Assembly: GCF_006345805.1 (NCBI RefSeq)
Contig: NW_021836991.1
Span: 1-20,447 of the forward strand
Length of the DNA: 20,447 nt
Direction: 5' to 3'
DNA from: Octopus sinensis
Lineage: Eukaryota
Part shown: piece after piece, positions 1-9,296 of the stretch
Layout: each line of letters begins with the position of its first letter
How positions within the stretch are numbered: the first letter of the stretch is position 1
The notes under the pieces: model-generated
What the model was told of the DNA's origin: nothing
The model's database searches: none
Seen by the model: the letters and a program-made list of their open reading frames with translations, nothing else
Translations under genes and position numbers: made by a program

Positions 1-177
1 GGTGGTGATGATGATGATGATGGTGATGATGATGGTGGTGATGATGTGATGATGGTGGTGTGATGATGATGATGATGATGAGGGAGATGCTGATGATGAT
101 GATGATGGTGATGATGATGGTGGTGGTGATGATGATGATGATGGTGGTGATGATTGTGATGATGATGAGGGAGATGC

Positions 178-208
<31 letters not shown>

Positions 209-592
209 GGTGATGATGATGATGGTGGTGATGGTGATGGTGGTGATGATGATGATAGTGATGATGATGATGATGATGATGATGATGGTGATGATGATGG
301 TGGTGATGGTGATGGTGATAGTGATGATGATGATGATGATGGTGATGGTGATGGTGATGATGATGATGATGGTGGTGATGGTGATGGTGATAGTGATGAT
401 GATGATGATGATGGTGATGGTGATGGTGATGATGATGATGATGATGATGGTGATGGTGATAGTGATGAGGATTATGATGATGATGAGGAGGAGGATGATG
501 ATGATGAGGAGGAGGAGGAGGAAGAGGAGGATGACGATGATGATGGTTGTGGTGGTATTGTTGGTGGTGGTGGTGGTGGTGGTGATTGTGTA
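1..592. repeat. Compound (GAT)n/(GGT)n trinucleotide microsatellite
   Basis: Continuous GAT/GGT triplets. AGGGAGATGC interrupts the tract at 81 and 168; GATAGTG recurs at 254, 317, 389 and 458. Confidence 0.97.
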
Positions 593-599
593 GTAGTAG

Positions 600-875
600 C
601 AGGAGGGGGACGACGACGACGACGAGGAGGAAGATGATGATAAGGAGGAGGAGGAAGATGGGGAGGAAGAGGTAGAAGGGGAGGACGACGACGAAGTGGA
701 AGATGATGATAAGGAGAAGAAGGAAGATGATGATAAGGAGGAGGAGGAGGAGGAGGAGGTGGAAGATGTGGAAGATGGGGAGGAGGAAGGCGAGGAAGAA
801 GAGGAAGAAGAGGAGGAGGAAGAATTGCAGGAGGAGGAGGAGGAGGAGGCGGTAGAAGAGGAGGCAGAGGAGGAG
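600..875. repeat. Purine-rich (GAG)/(GAA)/(GAC) low-complexity tract
   Basis: GAG/GAA triplets with repeated GAAGATGATGATAAGGAG sub-units. Confidence 0.93.
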
Positions 876-1557
<682 letters not shown>

Positions 1558-2030
1558 ATGCCCTGATGCAGTACCAGGCAGTGGCTCTCGTGGCTTCTGA
1601 TCTTAACTGATCGGAGGTGTTATCATGTACATTGTTTTGTCTTGGTATGAAAGATGGGCTACAGCAAATATTCTGCTCAATACCATAGATTTGCTTATCA
1701 GTTGTTTGACCTTAACCATTTGAGCATGTCCCTTAGTGGCTGACGATATGTGCATCTCTGATCACGAGCAGAAGTAGTGGGGGAGCATCATAGCCATGTG
1801 TTGAGAGGGATTCTTGGAGGTTTAGATAATTCACCTTTGGAAACATGGGTGCTTTGTTCATCATCCTTAAACAACCCTTATTCAGGGACCTTTTGAGCAG
1901 GATGGGCTACTCGACCAGAAGAAAATTCTAACTGGGCCCCACCTGCAAGGTCATGTGCTGTTTATCATGATATGAGATCACCATGTCGCACACATGGTTG
2001 TGATGTATGTGCCTGGTGTACCCTTATCAG
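1558..2030. mobile_element. Octopus-type interspersed repeat abutting an (AAT)n tract (possible non-LTR retroelement UTR, e.g. Dong/R4-like, or a non-autonomous derivative)
   Basis: Starts exactly at the end of the AAT run (aataaATGCCCTGATGCAGTACCAGGCAGTGGCTCTC...) and runs to CCCTTATCAG. I recall this as a high-copy octopus repeat. There is no ORF. The family class is inferred only from the AAT association. Confidence 0.55.
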
Positions 2031-2233
2031 CTTGTACAAATGTAGAAGTACCACCAACGCATTTCCCAACTGGTAGTGAACTGTGAGTGCCTCACCATAT
2101 TGGCGATGCCTGATAATAATAAAAGATTAGTAACACTGGAACAAATCTGCCAAATTGGGGGAGGAGGGGGTTGATAAAAACGGCAAAGATTAACTAAAAC
2201 ACGATATTAGTGTCCCCAATAATAGATGAGAGA

Positions 2234-2356
2234 TTCGTGTTAGTCTTCTATTATAATTTCATTCACCTCTTGAATGTTTTATAGGAATATCAAATCTACC
2301 CCAGTATATCACTGCTACTTTATTTTATCAACCTCACAACAATGAAAGGTAAAGTT
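2234..2356 (-). repeat. Solo inverted copy of the 121-bp satellite monomer
   Basis: The reverse complement reads aactttacctttcattgttgtgaggttgataaaataaagtagcagtgatatactggggtagatttgatattcctataaaacattcaagaggtgaatgaaattataatagaagactaacacgaa, which is one full monomer with a few substitutions. Confidence 0.96.
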
Positions 2357-2580
2357 TAAGGAGGTTGTTTTGGGGCAAGAATAGCCCTTAAGCTGACATC
2401 AGGATCGTTCGACAATTCCATCAACCTACTAAACAGCATTACCAGTTCGCCCTGCTTAGAATCTCCCACATTAGGTCCATTATCTCCTTAAATAAAAGGG
2501 ACCAGGTGTTCGAAATTCTGTGAAAACAAGATGGACAGACGAGGGTTAAAATTGAATGTGATTGATGAACGGAGACCAGG

Positions 2581-2610
2581 GGGCGTGATAAGGAAGTGAC
2601 GTCATCGGAA
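2581..2610. promoter_or_regulatory. Dense TF-motif cluster: GC/KLF box, GATA and overlapping ETS-CRE
   Basis: GGGCGTG (2581-87), TGATAAG (2586-92), AGGAAGT (2591-97), TGACGTCA (2597-2604) and CGGAA (2606-10), all within 30 bp. Confidence 0.4.
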
Positions 2611-2687
2611 TACATTTATTTCTTTTTAATATATGTTGTATTCCTATTTCTTTTACGTTGTTTTAAACCCTCTTCTTTCAATCGCAG

Positions 2688-2741
2688 TGTAAACCCTAAA
2701 ATACCGAAAAAGGGTCATTTATCATTTTGATCGTCCGAAAC
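2688..2741 (+). other. Candidate 54-nt non-coding exon
   Basis: A pyrimidine tract ending ...ctcttctttcaatcgcAG precedes it and AAC|GTAAGA follows. All three frames contain stops. Confidence 0.25.
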
Positions 2742-2809
2742 GTAAGATTGACAGATTAAGAATGTTCGGACAACTCCGTGGCTACATTGAGACCCCTCAC
2801 CACCGCTGG

Positions 2810-3486
2810 ACACACACACACACAAACACATGCGCGCACACACACCTTATGCTAACAGCGCACCTGTGACTCGATTGGTGTGGGTTTGTTCGTGCGTATG
2901 TATGTGAGTGTGTGTGTGTGTGCATTTATAGGCATGTATGTGTGAATGAGTGAGTCTCTGTTTGTGTATGTATATACGAGTGTGTGTGGGGGGGAGGAAA
3001 GTGTGTTTCTTAGAATTATGTAAATATCCTTGAATGTATGTGTGTGTATGTATACATATATATACATATATATATGCAGATACATGTATATATATAGAGA
3101 GAGAGGGGGGAGATGTATACATAAGTGTGTTTATATATACATATATACATATCCCATTTATATATTTCACACACTCACATATATATGTATGTAAATATAT
3201 ATATATATGCATACAAACACAAATGTATATACATACATATACATACATATGGATGTATATACTTATATACATGTATATATAGATATGTGTGTATACAGAT
3301 ATACGTATATATATTATATATATATATATAATATATATATATAAATGCATTATGTAAATTCCAAATACACACATATATATATATATACACACAACGTATA
3401 ATTCAGATAGATTTTTATTTCTACATATGTATGCCTTTACATATGTGCGCGTATATATCTACACATGCAATATATATCCATTTAAC

Positions 3487-3553
<67 letters not shown>

Positions 3554-3560
3554 TAGATAA

Positions 3561-3623
<63 letters not shown>

Positions 3624-3654
3624 TAGATATATGTATATATATATATACTTATAG

Positions 3655-3687
<33 letters not shown>

Positions 3688-4145
3688 CATAAGTATATAT
3701 ATATATATATGTATATTTTATATACATATAGATATACGTATATATATATACATGCATATATACATATATACATATAGATATACGTATATATATATACATG
3801 CATATATACATATATACATATAGATATACGTATATATATATACATGCATATATACATATATACATATAGATATATATATGTATATATATACATGCATATA
3901 TATATATATAAATACAGATTTCCTATATATTCACATACACACAGAATTTTTTGCTTCTCTCCCTTTAGTGTGTGGGTGTGTGTATGTGGATGTATGTATA
4001 TGTGTTTGTGTGCAACTGTGTGTGTGTGTTAGTGTGTGTAAGTATTTAGTATATGTTTGTGTGTGTGTATGTGTGCTTATGTGTACGAGTGTATATACTG
4101 TGTGTATGTGTGTGTGCGGTTGGGAGTGTGTGTGTGTGTGTGTGT
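2810..4145. repeat. Mixed (AC)n/(AT)n/(AGAT)n/(GT)n microsatellite field
   Basis: Visible di- and tetranucleotide tracts, including pure (AT)n around 3500-3549 and (AGAT)n around 3550-3620. Confidence 0.92.
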
Positions 4146-4201
4146 GGCGGTGTTGTTAGGTATGTCTGTATAATTATTTTGTTGTAACCGTTTCCAGTCA
4201 G

Positions 4202-4354
4202 GCGAAATGTGATTTAATTGATGGTGGGGGGGGAGGAGGAAGAGGAGGAAGAAGGGGATCAGGAGGAGTGAAAAGGAAGGGACGAGGCGGGTGCGGCGGC
4301 GGCGGCGGCGGCGGCGGTGAATCGGGGGCGGGAGGGATTGAACCAGCGACAGAG
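4202..4354 (+). CDS. Candidate 153-nt Gly/Arg-rich coding exon (AKCDLIDGGGGGGRGGRRGSGGVKRKGRGGCGGGGGGGGESGAGGIEPATE)
   Basis: Preceded by ttttgttgtaaccgtttccagtcAG and followed by the consensus donor GAG|GTGAGT. The frame is open and the exon is phase 0-0. The sequence is low complexity and I recognise no homologue. Confidence 0.2.
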
Positions 4355-4409
4355 GTGAGTTCCGTGGTGGGGGTCGTTATGGAACGATCGATCAGGGGGA
4401 GAGGTGTAT

Positions 4410-4815
4410 GTATGGTGGCGTCGGCGGTGGTGGTGGTGGTGGTGGTGGTGGTGGTGGTGGTGGTGGTGGTGGTGACGATGTTGGTGATGATGTAGATGAT
4501 GATGGCGGTGATCGTAGTGGTGGTGGTGGTGGTGGTGGTGGTGGTAGTGATAGGGGCTGCCTTGTCTGTCCGTGTGTCGGGTGGCGTTGGCAGCAACCGG
4601 GTTTGGTGTTTGAAATATATGGTCAAATAATGAGCCGTTTCGTGGTTGCGTCGGTGTTGTTGTTGTTGTTGGTGGTGTTGGTGGTGGTGGTGGTAGTGGT
4701 GGTGGTGGTGGTAATGGTGGTGGTGTGGTGGTGGTGGTGGTGGTGGTGGTGGTGGTGGTGGTGGTAAGAACGGGAATCATGTCAGTGGTAGTGCTAGTAG
4801 TAGTAGTAGTAGTTA

Positions 4816-4868
<53 letters not shown>

Positions 4869-4897
4869 TAGTAGTAGTAGCAGCAGCAGCAGCAGCA
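4410..4897. repeat. (GGT)n, (AGT)n and (AGC)n trinucleotide tracts with short unique inserts
   Basis: Directly visible. Confidence 0.93.
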
Positions 4898-4974
4898 GAG
4901 TTAGAGAATTGATCACGGAGATTCGAAGGAGTGTTGATGCGATGGGAAATTATAGAGTATGAGATACAGGCGGA

Positions 4975-5018
4975 TAGATAGAAAGACAGACAGACAGACA
5001 CACACACACACATGTATG

Positions 5019-5061
<43 letters not shown>

Positions 5062-5100
5062 TGAGAGAGAGAGAGACTGAGTCAGGCGTATAGATAGATA

Positions 5101-5145
<45 letters not shown>

Positions 5146-5166
5146 CAGACACTGACACACACACAG

Positions 5167-5221
<55 letters not shown>

Positions 5222-5277
5222 ATGAGAGAGAGAGAGAGTGAGTGAGAGAGAAAGAGAGCGAGAGCGAGAGTCAGACG

Positions 5278-5355
<78 letters not shown>

Positions 5356-5375
5356 CAGACAGATAGGTAGGTAGG

Positions 5376-5469
<94 letters not shown>

Positions 5470-5565
5470 CACACACAGATACACATACGCACACGTATGT
5501 ACACAAAAATACAAAGAAACCATACAACATACATACATACATACATACATACATACATACATGCA
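4975..5565. repeat. Compound (AGAT)n/(AGAC)n/(AG)n/(AC)n/(AT)n/(ACAT)n microsatellites
   Basis: Directly visible. Confidence 0.95.
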
Positions 5566-5683
5566 TATACATGGTCAATCTTACACACAAACTGGTGCCT
5601 TCGAGAACGGCACACAACTACACACTCCTCCATACAGACCAACCGAACGACAAGAGAAAAATCTCGTTAATGGAATTTCAATA

Positions 5684-5928
5684 CAAGATGGCGAGCGCAG
5701 GATTTGAAATAAAAACTCCAGTTGACAGTTTGAACCTCATTAGGACAATATGTTGTACTTAAAATCCCTTAAAGAGCCTAGCAAGACGGCTTCGGGGTTT
5801 GTGTAAGCAGGGAGAATGATAGAGGAGAGAGGTATGAGAGGGATTCGGTAGAATGGCTGACTGGAAAAATGAGGTAGCGCTCAGCTTCCGGTTTAGAGTT
5901 CCGGTTGTTGTAGACTTTGGTGGTGAGT
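5684..5928 (+). promoter_or_regulatory. Unique island with a YY1-like motif, two ETS-like sites and a strong splice donor
   Basis: CAAGATGGCG (5684-93), CTTCCGG (5885-91), TTCCGG (5899-5904) and GTG|GTGAGT with GT at 5923-24. Confidence 0.3.
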
Positions 5929-5963
5929 GTGAAAACTGTCAGATGAGATAAATAGTCAGTTAG

Positions 5964-5979
5964 GTGTGTGTGTGTATGT

Positions 5980-6027
<48 letters not shown>

Positions 6028-6151
6028 ATCTTATATGTGTGTGGTGTGTGTATTTGAACGCGTATGGGAGATAATGTTTGCATGCATGCACACACACATA
6101 CGCATATATATCTATATCTATATATATATATATATACTATATATAATATAT

Positions 6152-6188
<37 letters not shown>

Positions 6189-6248
6189 GATATATATATA
6201 TATACATAATATATATACATATATATATATATTACATATACATATAAA

Positions 6249-6298
<50 letters not shown>

Positions 6299-6300
6299 TA
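5964..6300. repeat. (GT)n and (AT)n microsatellites
   Basis: Directly visible. Confidence 0.95.
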
Positions 6301-6302
6301 TA

Positions 6303-6475
6303 CTTTTACCTTGTTTCAGTCATTTGACTGCGCTCATGCTGGACCACCTCATGGACATATCTATGTAAGAATAGTACTAATTCTATCGGTTCGTTTTGTC
6401 AAACCGCTAGGTTACGGGGACGTAAACGCACCAGCATCGGTTGTCAAGCGATAGTGGAGAGACAAACACAGACAC
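6303..6475 (-). mobile_element. Truncated, internally deleted copy of the SINE at 18885-19276 (3' half only)
   Basis: Shares ttgtttcagtcatttgactgc...atgctgga and ttctatcgg...accgcta.gt.acggggacgtaaac.caccagcatcggttgtcaagc.at...gagacaaacacagacac with the full copy. The tRNA head is absent. Confidence 0.9.
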
Positions 6476-6513
6476 TCAATTAATACACATAGACATATAC
6501 ATATACATACATA

Positions 6514-6600
<87 letters not shown>

Positions 6601-6619
6601 TTAGGAGGAGAATTCACAA

Positions 6620-8575
6620 AAAAACATGTACGTATGTATGTATTTATGTATGTATGCATGTATGTATATAAGTATTATGTAAACATATGTATGTATATAT
6701 ATATATATAAGTATGTATGCTTGTATGTATACATGTGTATATGTACATTTGTATATGTGTATGTATTTATTTGTGCATGTACGTATGCACGTTTGTATGT
6801 ATATATATGAGTACGAATACATGTATGTATGTATGTATGTATGTATGTATGTATGTATGTACGTACGTACGTATGTATGTATGTTTATATGTGGGTGTGT
6901 ATGTATGTACGTATGTATGTACGTATGTATGTATGTATGTATGTATGTATGTATGTATTTATGTATGTATGTATGTATGTATGTATTGTATGTATGTATA
7001 TATGTATGTATTTATGTATGTATGTATGTATGTATGTTTGTATGTATGTATGTATGTATGTATGTATTGCATGTATGTATGTATGAATGTACGTATGTAT
7101 GTATGTATGTATGTATGTATGTTTGTATGTATGTATGTATGTATGTATGTATGTATTGCATGTATGTATGTATGTATGTACGTACGTATGTATGTATGTA
7201 TGTATGTATGTATGTTTGTATGTATGTATTATGTGTATTGCATGTATGTATGTATGAATGTACGTATGTATGTATGTTGTATGTATGTATTTTTGTTATG
7301 TATGTATGTATGTATGTATTGCATGTATTATGGTATGTATGTACGTATGTACGTATGTATGTATGTATGTATGTATGTATGTACGTATGTATGTCAGTAT
7401 GTATGTATGTATGTAGTTTATGTTATGTATGTATTTATGTATGTATGTATGTATGTATGTATGTTTGTATGTATGGTATGTATGTTATGTATGTATATAT
7501 GTTGTATGTTATGTTGTATGTATGGTATGTAGTATGTTATGTATGGATTTGCCATGTATGTATGTATGTATGTACGTACGTATGTATGTATGTATGGTAT
7601 GTATGTATGTTTTTGTATGTATGTACGTATGTAGGTATGTATGTATGTATGTATGAATGTACGTATGTATGTATGTATGTATGTATGTATGTTTGTATGT
7701 ATGTATGTATGTATGTATGTTTGTATGTATGTATGTATGTATGTATGTATGTACGTATGTATGTATGTATGTATGTATGTATTTATGTATGTATGTATGT
7801 ATGTATGTATTGTATGTATGTATATATGTATGTATTTATGTATGTATGTATGTATGTATGTTTGTATGTATGTATGTATGTATGTATGTATTGCATGTAT
7901 GTATGTATGAATGTACGTATGTATGTATTTATGTATGTATGTTTGTATGTATGTATGTATGTATGTATGTATTGTATTGCATGTATGTATGTATGTATGT
8001 ACGTCGTATGTAGTATGTATGTATGTTTGTATTTATTTTGATGTATGTATGTATGTTATGTATTGCATGTATGTATGTATGAATTACGTATGTATGTATG
8101 TATGTTATGTATGAATGTATGTTTGTATGTATGTATGTATGTATGTATGTATTGCATGTATGTATGTATGTATTACGTATGTATGTATGTATGTATGTAT
8201 TGTATGTATGGTATGTATGTACTATGTGTATGTAGTATGTATTATGTATGTTTGTATGTATGTATGTATGTATGTATGTATGTATGTATATATGTATGTA
8301 TGTATGTTTGTATGTATGTATGTATGTATGTATGTATTGCATGTATGTATGTATGTATGTACGTACGTATGTATGTATGTATGTATGTATGTATGTTTGT
8401 ATGTATGTACGTATGTATGTATGTATGTATGTATGTATGAATGTACGTATGTATGTATGTATGTATGTATGTATGTATGTATGTATGTATGTATGTATGT
8501 ACGTATGTATGTATGTATGTATGTATGTATACATGTACGTATGTATGTATGTATATACATATGTACATATGGATG
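6620..8575. repeat. ~1.9 kb degenerate (TATG)n tetranucleotide array with higher-order sub-structure
   Basis: TATG units with recurring interruptions TTTG, TATTGCATG, TGAATG and TACG. Confidence 0.97.
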
Positions 8576-8589
8576 GATGGATGCGTCTG

Positions 8590-8960
8590 TGTGTGACATG
8601 AATTCTGCGTGTATTGAAATGTGTATGTGTATATTCGTGTGCATGTGTGTTTGTGTGTGGGGGCGTGTTTGTGCATTTGCTTGTGTGTTTCTATTTGTGC
8701 ATGTGTGTATGTATGTGTGCATATGTGTGTCTATGTGTGTTTATGTGTGTGTATGTCAGTGCATGTGTGTGCATGTGTGTGTGTATGTGTGTGTGTATGT
8801 GTGTGTGTATGCATAGCGCCTATGTTCTACGTGTATAGTTGTATGTTTATGCTCTCAGTAGTATGTTTCAGTATATATGCGTGCGTGTGTGTATATGTGT
8901 ATGTGTGTGTGTGTGTGAGTGTGTGCGTTAATGTGTACCTGTCTGCGTTTGTGTGTGTAA
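8590..8960. repeat. Degenerate (GT)n/(GTAT)n tract
   Basis: Directly visible. Confidence 0.85.
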
Positions 8961-9020
8961 ATGGCCAACGCACATCTTAAAAAGATATTTAGAACTCCTC
9001 CATTTGTAAACTTCGTAAAA

Positions 9021-9072
9021 GTCCGCCATTGTTAAGACGCTTCCGTTTTATAAGTCCGTTCAACTTCCGGTA
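9021..9072 (-). promoter_or_regulatory. Candidate housekeeping-type core promoter (ETS, ETS, YY1/ATG) directed leftward
   Basis: The minus strand reads atACCGGAAGTtgaacggactTATAAAACGGAAGcgtcttAACAATGGCGGac: two ETS sites plus a YY1-type AAnATGGCGG that contains an ATG at 9029-9027. Confidence 0.4.
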
Positions 9073-9296
9073 TCACAATCGTATGAATCAACGTGACACA
9101 ACAGATTATTTTTGTTATTCTTTCTTGTTGTTGAAGTTGTTGTTGTCCTTGAGTTTGTTGTTATTATTTCTTGTTGTTTTGACCATTTTCTCGGACGTAA
9201 TAAATGAGCGTAGAATTAGTAAAGTTTCGCTTGAATATATTTGAGATTTAACTAGTTGTATCCTTTTATGTGCTAACTTCGAAATGTTCTTCGGTT

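Noticed and set aside
4897-4962. Protein-looking stretch RVRELITEIRRSVDAMGNYR
   Set aside because: There is no pyrimidine tract before the CAG, the donor is weak, it is only 20 codons and no homologue is recognised.
2742-5582. Identical 11-mer GTAAGATTGAC at 2742 (+) and ~5582 (-)
   Set aside because: The similarity does not extend and half of it is the splice-donor consensus, so it is compatible with chance.
2847-8980. Long MYVC/YIHT/IYLS ORFs (up to 442 aa)
   Set aside because: They are stop-free frames of (TATG)n, (AT)n, (AC)n and (AGAT)n repeats, not proteins.
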